Part shown: positions 44,408 to 56,186 of the stretch, one piece after another
Layout of the letters: the number at the start of each line of letters is the position of its first letter
Position numbering within the stretch: the stretch's first letter is position 1
Notes under the pieces: generated by a model
Database searches by the model: none
Told to the model about the DNA's origin: nothing
The model's input: only the letters and a program-made list of their open reading frames with translations
Made by a program: the position numbers and the translations under genes
Assembly (NCBI RefSeq): GCF_003019035.1
Contig: NZ_CP027447.1
Length of the DNA: 64,000 nucleotides
Source: Escherichia coli
Lineage (GTDB): Bacteria; Pseudomonadota; Gammaproteobacteria; Enterobacterales; Enterobacteriaceae
Direction: 5' to 3' (one strand)

Positions 44408-47008
44408 TTACTGAATCTGACAACTAATTCCATTCAGAATAATAGTTTGCGCTATTTTTTCTGGTGCTGCGCTCTGCTGGTAATGAGCAAGGCAAGTGAC
44501 AGGTTTACCGTCGTCAAGCCAGTTGATACGTATGTTACCTTGTTGTTCTATACCTCGAACAAAGGCCTGACCACCTTGCCCTACATTGCCAATAATATTT
44601 CCGTTCTCGTCATAAATATCTGCGGCAAACGGAATGTTTTTACCGTCAGTTCGCTTGATGTTCATAATCGCTGATTGTCCCTGAACTGTTTCAAAACCAG
44701 CAAAGACAACAGACCCTTGGCGGGGGACAGTAATAGCACTGGTACTTTTCAATTCAACGTCATTTTCCAGACCGTTAATATCGAGTGCAATTCGGTTTTC
44801 ATGATAAGGGGAGAGCGCGTTAGTAACACCATATCCCCAACGATCTATCGTACTATTACCATAGTTAATACGCGCCCCTTTAGCTCCTGGCGCTTGTACA
44901 ACGGCCAGAGTGTCTGAGTCGCTAAAGCTGTCATTACTGAAGGTCAGGCCGCCGCTATGTAAAACAAATCCGCCGTCGGTATTAAATGAGATTTGACGGC
45001 TATTATCACTGCTTGCGGAAACTGAACTGGAAAGAGTTCCCCAGGGAGATTCATAGCTTGCATATCCGCCGATATAGCCCAAATCATCACTGGATTTCAT
45101 CATCGAATAGCCTGTATTGACGCTATAACTGATATGGTTTTCGGTGCTATAACCACTACTGCTGATACTGAGTTGATTGCTGCCGTTGAAATCACTATTT
45201 AACTGAGTATCAATGCTCTGAAAACCAGAGTCGCGATGTTCTGAACCCAGTAACTTTTCGATAGGAATGCTAAAGCTTAGATAGATGCTGTCTTCATTAC
45301 CGCCGTCCTGGCTCCAGGACCGTTGGGCACTAATGCTGTAGCTTCCCCACGATGCGCTGTTACTATAACCAATGGAGTAGTTAGTATTATTTTGTCCGTC
45401 CGCCCAATAGTCAGACCAACTTCCGGCAAGATAGAATGAGCCATAGTCTTTCTTTTCAAACTTGAGGGGTTGGTTAATACTAACCGTAACCTGATTTTTC
45501 ATGCGTGAATAGTTACGCATATTTTTAGGTTCCAGGTCCTGTTCCGGATGTTTTACTTCATCGATCAATGTCAGTGCATCGTTAAGCCCCAGATAATTCT
45601 GGGTTGAATAACGGTAAGCGGCGATATTGAGCGAGGTTCTTGTATCTTCAAATAACTTATTCCAGGAGATGCGATAGCTTTGCCCGCGGTAGGTTTTATC
45701 GTCCGGAATTTGCACATCCGAGTGGGTTACATCGACTGAAAACGCACCGTACGCGGTATTCAGGCCAAGGCCCAACAGCCCGGCAGTATAGTTATTATCG
45801 GTAATTTGAATACCGGTATAACCTGTAAGATAGTTGTTCAGACCATAGTAGTAGCTGGCCTGGAACAAATTTGGCTCATTTTGAATATCGTCTTTTAATA
45901 CCTGACCAGCACTGATGTCCCATCTTCCAACACCAGGGCGTTGCATCTGAATTACCGAAGAAAATGGCTGGGAAAAAGTTCGTTTTGTGCCATCAGATTC
46001 TTCGATAGTGATAATGAGATCGCTGCCGTAGCCTGATGGGCTTAAATCATCAATAACAAATGCTCCCGGCGGCACGGTAGTTTCATAGATTTTATAACCA
46101 CCCTGGGTAATGGTGACTTTTGCGTTGGTGTTAGCGACACCATGAATAATAGGCGCAAAACTAGCTAACGCAGGCGGTAGCATTCGGCTGTCGCTGTATA
46201 AACGAATACCGCGAATACTGACAGCATCAAAGGTTTCCCCAGTTGTGTATGACTCACCCACTATTAACTGTGAACGCAAAGAGGCCAGGTCGCGCTGCAA
46301 ATAGCGATTCTGAAAATCGTAATCACTGCCTACATTGGTCATCCAGTTGTAGTTGCCGGTTGCGCGAAGCCGCCATGCCCCCAGATTTATACCGCCGTTA
46401 AATGCCGCATAAACACTGTCGTTTTTTCTGTCTGGAATTTCGCTGTGATATGCGTTCACATTGTAGGCCAGCATTGCGGCGTTAATACCGTTTTCCCACA
46501 ATGACGGATCAACATAGTTTTGGTAATTCTTCATTATCCAGGCTTGAGGAACGTTGATATCCAGCCGTTGATCGTTGACGTCATAATGAACTGAAGCCTG
46601 GGGAATGATATTCGCCAAATCTAGACAATCTCCGAGTTCGCCTTCGCGCTGTAGAAGGATGGAATTCTCGGCATTTATATCTGGTCTATTAATGTGAAAC
46701 TGCAATAAATTCTTCAGGGTGATACAAGCCTGCGCATTCTTCTTACCTTCGAGGGTAATAAAGGAAATGCTTTGGTTGATAACCGGTTGATCATTGATAT
46801 AAACACTGACGTCATACACGCCGGGCAAGGTAGGGTTACCTTCGGTATACCGACTAAGGTCGATGTTAGAAGCATCTTGCCCCATCAAAAAGGTATTATC
46901 ATATTCAACGTGTTCAGCGCTTATGGCACAGGGGCTTAATAGCAATGCGCAAAACGAGGCTATATATGTAAGTTTGTTATTATGCGTTTTTATGATTTTT
47001 CTGGACAC
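44408..47008 (-). CDS. htrE: Outer membrane fimbrial usher HtrE
   Basis: 866-aa ORF, usher family; N-terminus differs from the K-12 sequence as I remember it, suggesting an allelic variant. Confidence 0.9.
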   Translation of the reverse strand: MSRKIIKTHNNKLTYIASFCALLLSPCAISAEHVEYDNTFLMGQDASNIDLSRYTEGNPTLPGVYDVSVYINDQPVINQSISFITLEGKKNAQACITLKNLLQFHINRPDINAENSILLQREGELGDCLDLANIIPQASVHYDVNDQRLDINVPQAWIMKNYQNYVDPSLWENGINAAMLAYNVNAYHSEIPDRKNDSVYAAFNGGINLGAWRLRATGNYNWMTNVGSDYDFQNRYLQRDLASLRSQLIVGESYTTGETFDAVSIRGIRLYSDSRMLPPALASFAPIIHGVANTNAKVTITQGGYKIYETTVPPGAFVIDDLSPSGYGSDLIITIEESDGTKRTFSQPFSSVIQMQRPGVGRWDISAGQVLKDDIQNEPNLFQASYYYGLNNYLTGYTGIQITDNNYTAGLLGLGLNTAYGAFSVDVTHSDVQIPDDKTYRGQSYRISWNKLFEDTRTSLNIAAYRYSTQNYLGLNDALTLIDEVKHPEQDLEPKNMRNYSRMKNQVTVSINQPLKFEKKDYGSFYLAGSWSDYWADGQNNTNYSIGYSNSASWGSYSISAQRSWSQDGGNEDSIYLSFSIPIEKLLGSEHRDSGFQSIDTQLNSDFNGSNQLSISSSGYSTENHISYSVNTGYSMMKSSDDLGYIGGYASYESPWGTLSSSVSASSDNSRQISFNTDGGFVLHSGGLTFSNDSFSDSDTLAVVQAPGAKGARINYGNSTIDRWGYGVTNALSPYHENRIALDINGLENDVELKSTSAITVPRQGSVVFAGFETVQGQSAIMNIKRTDGKNIPFAADIYDENGNIIGNVGQGGQAFVRGIEQQGNIRINWLDDGKPVTCLAHYQQSAAPEKIAQTIILNGISCQIQ

Positions 47009-47042
47009 GTTGTGCTTCCTGCTGCGTTTATTCCTGATTTAG

Positions 47043-47783
47043 TTACAGGCTGGCATTGCCTTCAATTGCACCACCAAAGTCATTTATGGCGAAGAAATGC
47101 ACTTTGGCAGAACTTGCTTTACCACTCATGCCTTTTATGTAGAAGGTTTCTTCACTCAGCGGGGCTACCATTTTTACATCCAGGGGGTAGGTTTTGCCAT
47201 TGGCGACTAAATCACCACTACTGAATGAGACGTGATACGGTGTCGGATTTGCGACGCGCAATGCAGTTTTTCCAGCAGAGGTTGCCCATGACCATTTCAG
47301 TGCTGCGGGTGCATCTGATGGCAGTCCGTTTAAACCTTCCGGGCGATAAAATAATTTGATACGCGTACGGAATGCCAATTGCAGAAGACTCTGGTTGGCG
47401 ACTTTATCTGCGTCAGGTTTGGGTGGAACCTCGAGTACGTTAAACCAGAAAACACTTTCTCGGTCTTTTGGCAGCGGTGAGGAAGCCGTGTACATCAATT
47501 TAATAGTTTGACCACGTTTGGCATCAATTCGCGAAACAGGAGGGGTGGCGGTAAATGGGACAGTAATACTCCCTGGTTCAGCACTATCGTCGCCAGTATC
47601 CAGCCAGCTCTGAACGAGTAACGGATTATTCCCCTTATTTTCCAGCCGAACATTAACGCTTTTTTCATTACTTTTATAAATTACGCGAGTTCCTGAAATT
47701 ACGATATCTGCTATTGCCGATGCGCTTAAGCTCATACAAGTGGCGAAGCATACAGCTGCAGTATGTTTAGCGTTTAAAAACAT
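47043..47783 (-). CDS. yadV: Periplasmic fimbrial chaperone YadV (EcpD)
   Basis: 246-aa ORF, PapD-like chaperone with signal peptide. Confidence 0.92.
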   Translation of the reverse strand: MFLNAKHTAAVCFATCMSLSASAIADIVISGTRVIYKSNEKSVNVRLENKGNNPLLVQSWLDTGDDSAEPGSITVPFTATPPVSRIDAKRGQTIKLMYTASSPLPKDRESVFWFNVLEVPPKPDADKVANQSLLQLAFRTRIKLFYRPEGLNGLPSDAPAALKWSWATSAGKTALRVANPTPYHVSFSSGDLVANGKTYPLDVKMVAPLSEETFYIKGMSGKASSAKVHFFAINDFGGAIEGNASL

Positions 47784-47880
47784 AAACCATTCCCGACAGA
47801 GTTAATTAAAATAGGGAGTAACATTCCACTATTAAGAAAGTTACTCCCATAGATATTCAGTTTATGAATCTAACGAAGGA

Positions 47881-48465
47881 TTACTGGTAAGTAATGGTAT
47901 ATGCAGTGTTGGTTTTAACATAACCAGCAGTTGGTGCCTGGCTTGCTTCAGCACGGACATAGGATGCTTTAAAATCATAGGTTGCAGATTTAGTCGTAGC
48001 GTCCAGCGTTTTTGTGTAAATATCGCCTGGGTTGTTAATTTGAACCTGTTTGATAGTGGAACCATCAATATTGTGCAGGGCAATATTTACGCCGTCAGAA
48101 GGCGTGTTAATAGACATATCGTTGTTCAGAGTCCCTTTGCTGTTGCCAAAGAACACGGAACCGAAGGTCATTTTTGCGGTGCTACCAGGATTCGGGTTTG
48201 CATTGCTGCAGTCAACGGTGATGCTGAAAGGTTTAGCTTTAGCACCTACGGTGTCATTCAGTACGCCAGCACTGATTTCAGCAACAGTTGCAGTTTGCAG
48301 AAGCACCAGGCCATCTTTGTTGCCACCATCAACACGGGTTTCACAGGTGTTATCAACTACCAGACCACTGATATTTAATTGGCCACCGTCCAGTGCAGCA
48401 GAAGCATTACCAGCAACCATTGCTAACATCAAGCTGGACAGCGCAAAACCTAATTTTTTAGACAT
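47881..48465 (-). CDS. yadN: Major fimbrial subunit YadN
   Basis: Start at [23 protein letters not shown]; first gene of yad operon, followed upstream by about 300 bp of AT-rich DNA. Confidence 0.88.
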   Translation of the reverse strand: MSKKLGFALSSLMLAMVAGNASAALDGGQLNISGLVVDNTCETRVDGGNKDGLVLLQTATVAEISAGVLNDTVGAKAKPFSITVDCSNANPNPGSTAKMTFGSVFFGNSKGTLNNDMSINTPSDGVNIALHNIDGSTIKQVQINNPGDIYTKTLDATTKSATYDFKASYVRAEASQAPTAGYVKTNTAYTITYQ

Positions 48466-48772
48466 AATAATCCTTGAATAATATTCCATGAGTTTAACTT
48501 TAATCAGCCCCCCTCAAGCAGGAAGTCCCGAGAAAGAAAAGGTGAATGGTTTGTTAATGATGGATGTTTGGATTTACCGAATGTAACATCTGTTCATCAT
48601 TAGGGGAGTATTGTGCACATTTAATATTAAATATCCACTTAATTCAATTTTAAGTAAAACTAAATATATAATGTGACGATAATGGTGTATATGGGCGGGG
48701 CTGCCAAGTGGGGTAAAATATTATATGTTTATGATTATATTCTGGGGCGAATTAATTGCAATTGTGGGAAGG

Positions 48773-49291
48773 CTATTTTCGGAATTTATTTATATTTGCA
48801 ACACTATTGTATTGCCATTTATTTAATTCATCGAATTTATTTATTCGTAAAAAGTTGTCTAATACTGTCCCATCAGGAAACACTAACTTCGGCGCAATTT
48901 CAAACAGTGGCCACAGCATAAAGCCACGATTTTTCATATCGTAGTGCGGAACGGTCAGACGTTCGGTATTTATTACTTCATTACCAAACAGCATGATGTC
49001 GAGATCCAGCGTGCGCGGTCCCCAGCGTTCAGCTTTACGGACGCGACCTTGCTGCAATTCGATACGTTGTGTGTGATTGAGTAGCTCTTCAGGGGCAAGA
49101 GTGGTTTCCAGCGCGACGGCGGCATTTAAGTAATCGGGTTGATCTTGCGGCCCCAGCGGTGGGGTGCGGTAAAACGAAGAAACAGCAAGAATGCGGCTTT
49201 CTGGAATATCGCCTAATGCTTTCAGGGCAGCATTGACCTGCTCCAGCGGAGAGGCCAGATTGCTGCCTATGGCAATATACGCCACTGTCAT
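48773..49291 (-). CDS. folK: 2-amino-4-hydroxy-6-hydroxymethyldihydropteridine pyrophosphokinase
   Basis: 172-aa ORF starting [12 protein letters not shown]; start overlaps pcnB stop (ATGA); 3' end extends into AT-rich DNA. Confidence 0.92.
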
Positions 49292-50685
49292 GCGGTACCC
49301 TCACGACGCGGTGCGCGTTTGCGTGGACGACGAGTACGACGACGCGGTGACGGTTCTTCATCCAGTTCGTTAAGCATCCCTTTTTGGTCTGGCGGCGCGG
49401 AAACCTGGAACTCACCCCACCATTTCACCAGACGTTGCAGTTCAGCGTTACGCTCAACTTCGGCTCGTAAGGCCAACAGGTCGTATGCCGCACGGAACTT
49501 AGGATGCTCCAGCAGTTTCCATGCGCGTTTTCCCTGACGACGGGACATACGCAACTGCAACTGCCAGATATCGCGAGTTAGCGTAGTCAGACGTTTCGGG
49601 ATCGCCAGTGAACGGCAGGCTTCGTCCAGCACGTCGTTCATCGCCAGTGCGAAAGCGTCGTGATAGGTCAGGCCGCTCTCCTGAGCAATTTTCTGTGCCG
49701 TCTCCAGCAGTGGATACCAGAACATGGCGGCAAACAGGAACGCCGGGTTCACGCGCATATCGTTATGGATACGCGTATCGGTATTCTTCAGCACCTGTTC
49801 AATGATCCGCTCCATCGGGCTGTCGCCATTTTCCGTGAAGTAGCGGGTAATGGTCGGGAACAGCGGCTGGAACAGATGATATTCACACAGCAGCTTATAA
49901 GTTTCGTAACCGTAGCCCGCTTGCAACAGTTTCAGCGATTCTTCAAACAGACGTGCCGGTGGGATATCGTTCAGTAAGGTTGCCAGGCGTGGGATCGGCT
50001 CGGCGGTTTCCGGGCTGATGCGCATGCCCAATTTGGCGGCAAAACGAACCGCGCGAAGCATCCGTACCGGATCTTCACGGTAGCGCGTTTCCGGGTTACC
50101 AATCAGACGGATAACGCCGTCTTTCAGATCCTTCATGCCGCCAACGTAATCACGGACGGTAAAATCTGCCACGCTGTAATACAGGCTGTTGATAGTGAAA
50201 TCGCGGCGCTGGGCGTCTTCTTCGATGGAGCCGAAAATGTTGTCGCGCAGCAACATACCGTTTTGCCCGCGTTGGGAGGTCGTGCGGTCGCTGACGTTAC
50301 CTTCGTGATGTCCACGGAAGGTCGCAACTTCGATAATCTCCGGGCCAAACATCACATGAGCCAGACGGAAACGGCGACCCACCAGGCGGCAGTTACGGAA
50401 CAGTTTGCGCACCTGCTCTGGCGTGGCGTTGGTGGTCACGTCAAAATCTTTCGGCTTTTTGCCAAGTAACAGGTCGCGCACGCCGCCGCCAACCAGCCAG
50501 GCTTCGTATCCCGCTTTATTGAGCCTGTACATTACCTTCAGGGCATTTTCACTGATATCTTTGCGGGAAATAGCATGCTGCTCACGCGGGATCACCGTCA
50601 CCTGTGGACGGGCGACTGCCTGTTCAGCCTCGCTTTCCTCGCGGCTTAGCACCTTGCGGCAAAAATTAGCGACTCGGGTAAAAAT
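49288..50685 (-). CDS. pcnB: Poly(A) polymerase I
   Basis: Start assigned to the AUU codon encoding the I of ...[10 protein letters not shown] (established non-canonical start), 465 aa; ORF-track frame extends 7 codons further upstream. Confidence 0.9.
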
Positions 50686-50744
50686 AGTACACCTCGGTAG
50701 TGTCAAACATCATTCAGGACAAAAAAATAGCGGCTAATCATAGC

Positions 50745-51641
50745 TCAGCATGACGCATTTGAGAATGTTGAATTTACAATTGCCGACTCAGGCACGGCAG
50801 TCAGCGTCCAGTTTTTGACGGCTGACTGAAGGATTTGCTCGACGCTGAAATCCTGCCAGTGTGTTTCTACCTGCTGACCCAGAAAATGAAGTGCCGCGAT
50901 TAACACCGGGCGCGGATCGCCTTTCGGCAACGCAGGCGCATGATTCTGCTTGGAAAGTTTAGCGCCTTGTGTGTTAAGCGCCAGCGGTAAATGAATGTAA
51001 TCTGGCACTTTCCAGCCAAAAAGCTGGTACAGCGAGATTTGTCGCACTGTCGGTTCAATCAAATCTGCCCCACGAACAATTTCTGTGACGTCCTGGAAGT
51101 GATCATCGACCACCACCGCCAGGTTATAGGCAAACAAACCATCACGACGATGAATAATAAAATCTTCTTGCGCCAGTTTTTCGTCGGCGTGAATAATTCC
51201 GCGTAGTTGATCAGTAAACTGCGTGACCGGATGCAACTGCCGAATTCGCACAGCCGCGTTGTCTGGTCCATGATGCAAATCCCGGCAATGACCGTCGTAA
51301 ATACCGCCAATGCTTTGAATACGCGCACGCGTGCAGGTGCAGTAATAACTTAGTCCTTGCTCATATAACCAGGCGAGTGCTTCGCGATAGGCGTGGTGAC
51401 GTTGCGATTGCCAGAGAACGTCGCCGTCCCAGTGCAGGCCGTAATGTTCCAGCTGGCGCAGGATAGTCTCTGCGGCACCGGGAACTTCACGAGGCGGGTC
51501 GATATCTTCTATGCGTACCAGCCAGCGACCTTGCCGGGCGCGAGCCTGTAAATAGCTGCCAAGCGCGGCAATCAGAGAGCCAAAATGAAGCTCGCCGGAA
51601 GGAGAGGGGGCGAAGCGACCAATATAGTGTGTGTCTGTCAT
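50745..51641 (-). CDS. gluQ: Glutamyl-Q tRNA(Asp) synthetase
   Basis: Start placed at [22 protein letters not shown] (298 aa) because the dksA terminator hairpin lies just upstream; a 308-aa form starting at 51671 is the alternative. Confidence 0.85.
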   Translation of the reverse strand: MTDTHYIGRFAPSPSGELHFGSLIAALGSYLQARARQGRWLVRIEDIDPPREVPGAAETILRQLEHYGLHWDGDVLWQSQRHHAYREALAWLYEQGLSYYCTCTRARIQSIGGIYDGHCRDLHHGPDNAAVRIRQLHPVTQFTDQLRGIIHADEKLAQEDFIIHRRDGLFAYNLAVVVDDHFQDVTEIVRGADLIEPTVRQISLYQLFGWKVPDYIHLPLALNTQGAKLSKQNHAPALPKGDPRPVLIAALHFLGQQVETHWQDFSVEQILQSAVKNWTLTAVPESAIVNSTFSNASC

Positions 51642-51650
51642 CTCTTTGAA

Positions 51651-51680
51651 CAAAAAATAAGGCGGGAGCATTTCCCGCCT
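51651..51680 (-). terminator. Intrinsic terminator downstream of dksA, upstream of gluQ
   Basis: On minus strand: ggcgggaaatgctcccgcc hairpin followed by TTATTTTTTG. Confidence 0.8.
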
Positions 51681-51707
51681 GTGGTAAACGTGATGGAACG
51701 GCTGTAA

Positions 51708-52163
51708 TTAGCCAGCCATCTGTTTTTCGCGAATTTCAGCCAGCGTTTTGCAGTCGATGCACAGATCGGCTGTCGGGCGCGCTTCCAGACGGCGAATACC
51801 AATTTCAACACCGCAGGATTCGCAGTAGCCGAAATCTTCGTCTTCCACTTTTTTCAGCGTCTTCTCGATCTTTTTGATCAGCTTACGCTCGCGATCGCGG
51901 TTACGCAGTTCGAGGCTGAACTCTTCTTCCTGGGCTGCACGGTCTACCGGGTCCGGGAAGTTGGCTGCTTCATCCTGCATATGTGTAACGGTGCGATCGA
52001 CTTCATCCCTGAGTTGATTACGCCATGCTTCCAGAATACGACGGAAGTGCGCCAGCTGGGCTTCGTTCATATACTCTTCGCCCGGCTTCTCCTGATATGG
52101 CTCCACCCCAGCGATGGCGAGAATACTCAGGGACGATGTTTTACGGTTTTGCCCTTCTTGCAT
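51708..52163 (-). CDS. dksA: RNA polymerase-binding transcription factor DksA
   Basis: Start at [15 protein letters not shown]; 151 aa; C4 zinc finger [25 protein letters not shown]. Confidence 0.96.
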   Translation of the reverse strand: MQEGQNRKTSSLSILAIAGVEPYQEKPGEEYMNEAQLAHFRRILEAWRNQLRDEVDRTVTHMQDEAANFPDPVDRAAQEEEFSLELRNRDRERKLIKKIEKTLKKVEDEDFGYCESCGVEIGIRRLEARPTADLCIDCKTLAEIREKQMAG

Positions 52164-52340
52164 GTTGCTTCTCCTTAACACGCACTATCGATCCCCATGT
52201 TCGGGGGAAAAATGAGGCCGCTATAAATAGCAGATGCTTTTCCGGATAGCAATTATCTAAACGTAACACTTGACAACTGTGTGAGGAAAAGCGTATTTGC
52301 GCACGCGACCAGAATGTAAATTAACCAGTTACTTACTCTA

Positions 52341-53590
<1,250 letters not shown>

Positions 53591-53663
53591 GTGAGGCACT
53601 CGGTTATGAATTACCGCGATGCTACAATGTGGCGCGAAGAATGTTAACCCTCTGGAGCGTTTT

Positions 53664-56093
53664 GTGTCGTCGTTGCCCGTTGCTGCCGTCTTACCTGAGT
53701 TACTTGCTGCCCTCGATGGTGCACCGCAGGTGTTATTAAGTGCGCCGACCGGGGCCGGGAAATCAACCTGGCTGCCGCTGCAACTGCTGGCGCATCCCGG
53801 CATTAACGGAAAAATTATCCTGCTGGAGCCGCGTCGTCTGGCGGCGCGTAACGTCGCGCAACGGCTGGCGGAGCTGCTTAACGAAAAGCCAGGCGATACC
53901 GTTGGCTACCGGATGCGTGCGCAAAACTGCGTCGGCCCGAATACCCGCCTGGAAGTGGTTACCGAAGGCGTGCTGACGCGCATGATCCAGCGTGACCCGG
54001 AACTGAGCGGTGTTGGATTGGTGATCCTCGATGAGTTTCATGAGCGCAGTTTGCAGGCGGATTTGGCGTTGGCGCTGTTACTCGATGTGCAACAAGGTCT
54101 GCGTGATGACCTTAAACTGCTGATTATGTCGGCTACGCTGGACAACGACCGCTTGCAGCAAATGCTGCCAGAAGCGCCCGTCATCATCTCAGAAGGGCGC
54201 TCGTTTCCGGTTGAACTCCGTTATTTACCGCTGCCCGCGCATCAGCGTTTTGACGAAGCCGTTGCGGTAGCCACCGCCGAAATGCTGCGTCAGGAAAGCG
54301 GATCATTACTGTTATTTTTACCTGGCGTCGGAGAAATTCAGCGTGTGCAGGAACAACTGGCTTCGCGCATCGGCAGTGATGTGTTGCTCTGCCCGCTGTA
54401 TGGCGCGTTGTCGCTGAACGATCAGCGAAAAGCGATCCTCCCGGCACCGCAAGGGATGCGCAAAGTGGTGCTGGCGACCAATATTGCTGAAACCAGTTTA
54501 ACCATTGAAGGTATTCGTCTGGTGGTGGATTGTGCCCAGGAGAGGGTGGCGCGTTTTGATCCGCGTACAGGGCTTACGCGGTTGATTACTCAACGCGTTA
54601 GTCAGGCGTCGATGACGCAACGTGCCGGGCGTGCCGGGCGTCTGGAGCCGGGTATCTGCCTGCATTTAATCGCCAAAGAACAAGCAGAACGCGCTGCCGC
54701 GCAAAGTGAACCGGAGATCTTACAAAGCGATCTTTCCGGTTTGCTGATGGAATTACTGCAATGGGGATGCAGCGATCCGGCGCAGATGAGCTGGCTGGAT
54801 CAACCGCCAACGGTGAATCTACTGGCCGCGAAACGCCTGTTACGGATGCTGGGGGCGCTGGACGGTGAACGGCTTAGTGCGCAAGGGCAAAAAATGGCAG
54901 CGCTGGGTAACGATCCGCGTTTAGCGGCAATGCTGGTTAGCGCGAAGAACGACGACGAAGCTGCTACCGCGGCAAAAATTGCCGCCATTCTCGAAGAGCC
55001 GCCACGGATGGGCAATAGTGACCTGGGCGTGGCGTTTTCGCGCAATCAACCCGCCTGGCAGCAACGTAGTCAGCAACTGTTAAAACGCTTAAACGTACGC
55101 GGCGGTGAGGCAGACAGTTCGCTTATCGCGCCGCTACTTGCCAGAGCGTATGCCGATCGCATTGCTCGTCGCCGTGGGCAAGATGGACGCTATCAACTGG
55201 CAAACGGCATGGGGGCGATGCTCGATGCCGACGATGCGCTAAGCCGCCACGAATGGTTGATCGCACCGTTATTATTGCAGGGCAGCGCCTCGCCGGATGC
55301 GCGGATTTTACTGGCGCTGCCGGTCGATATTGATGAGTTAGTACAACGCTGCCCGCAGCTGGTACAGCAATCGGACACCGTGGAGTGGGATGACGCGCAA
55401 GGTACGCTGAAAGCCTGGCGTCGGCTGCAAATCGGTCAGTTGATGGTGAAAGTGCAGCCACTGGCGAAACCCTCGGAAGACGAGTTGCATCAGGCGATGC
55501 TTAACGGCATTCGTGATAAAGGTTTAAGCGTGCTCAACTGGACGGCGGAAGCGGAACAGCTACGCTTGCGTTTGTTATGCGCCGCAAAGTGGTTGCCGGA
55601 ATATGACTGGCCAGCGGTTGATGATGAAAGTTTGTTGGCGACGCTGGAAACGTGGCTACTGCCGCATATGACAGGCGTACATTCGCTACGCGGCCTGAAA
55701 TCACTCGATATTTATCAGGCACTGCGTGGATTACTTGATTGGGTAATGCAGCAACGTCTGGATAGTGAATTGCCTGCGCATTACACTGTGCCGACGGGAA
55801 GCCGGATCGCCATTCGTTACCATGAAGATAACCCGCCCGCGCTGGCGGTGAGAATGCAGGAGATGTTTGGTGAGGCCACTAATCCGACTATCGCCCAGGG
55901 GCGCGTACCGTTGGTGCTGGAGTTGCTTTCCCCTGCCCAAAGGCCGCTGCAAATCACGCGTGATTTGAGCGCCTTCTGGAAAGGAGCGTACCGTGAGGTG
56001 CAAAAAGAGATGAAAGGGCGTTATCCCAAACATGTCTGGCCGGACGACCCGGCAAACACCGCACCGACGCGACGAACGAAAAAGTATTCGTGA
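53664..56093 (+). CDS. hrpB: ATP-dependent RNA helicase HrpB (DEAH-box)
   Basis: GTG start giving MSSLPVAAVLPELL...; Walker A APTGAGKST, DEFH box ILDEFHERS; 809 aa. Confidence 0.92.
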   Translation: MSSLPVAAVLPELLAALDGAPQVLLSAPTGAGKSTWLPLQLLAHPGINGKIILLEPRRLAARNVAQRLAELLNEKPGDTVGYRMRAQNCVGPNTRLEVVTEGVLTRMIQRDPELSGVGLVILDEFHERSLQADLALALLLDVQQGLRDDLKLLIMSATLDNDRLQQMLPEAPVIISEGRSFPVELRYLPLPAHQRFDEAVAVATAEMLRQESGSLLLFLPGVGEIQRVQEQLASRIGSDVLLCPLYGALSLNDQRKAILPAPQGMRKVVLATNIAETSLTIEGIRLVVDCAQERVARFDPRTGLTRLITQRVSQASMTQRAGRAGRLEPGICLHLIAKEQAERAAAQSEPEILQSDLSGLLMELLQWGCSDPAQMSWLDQPPTVNLLAAKRLLRMLGALDGERLSAQGQKMAALGNDPRLAAMLVSAKNDDEAATAAKIAAILEEPPRMGNSDLGVAFSRNQPAWQQRSQQLLKRLNVRGGEADSSLIAPLLARAYADRIARRRGQDGRYQLANGMGAMLDADDALSRHEWLIAPLLLQGSASPDARILLALPVDIDELVQRCPQLVQQSDTVEWDDAQGTLKAWRRLQIGQLMVKVQPLAKPSEDELHQAMLNGIRDKGLSVLNWTAEAEQLRLRLLCAAKWLPEYDWPAVDDESLLATLETWLLPHMTGVHSLRGLKSLDIYQALRGLLDWVMQQRLDSELPAHYTVPTGSRIAIRYHEDNPPALAVRMQEMFGEATNPTIAQGRVPLVLELLSPAQRPLQITRDLSAFWKGAYREVQKEMKGRYPKHVWPDDPANTAPTRRTKKYS

Positions 56094-56186
56094 AGACCAA
56101 AGCAAATTTGAGAGATATCTTCTTCTGTCTTGCAACAGAAGAACAGAAAATCGGGCTTTTGCGCCTGAATATTGCGGAGAAAAAGC

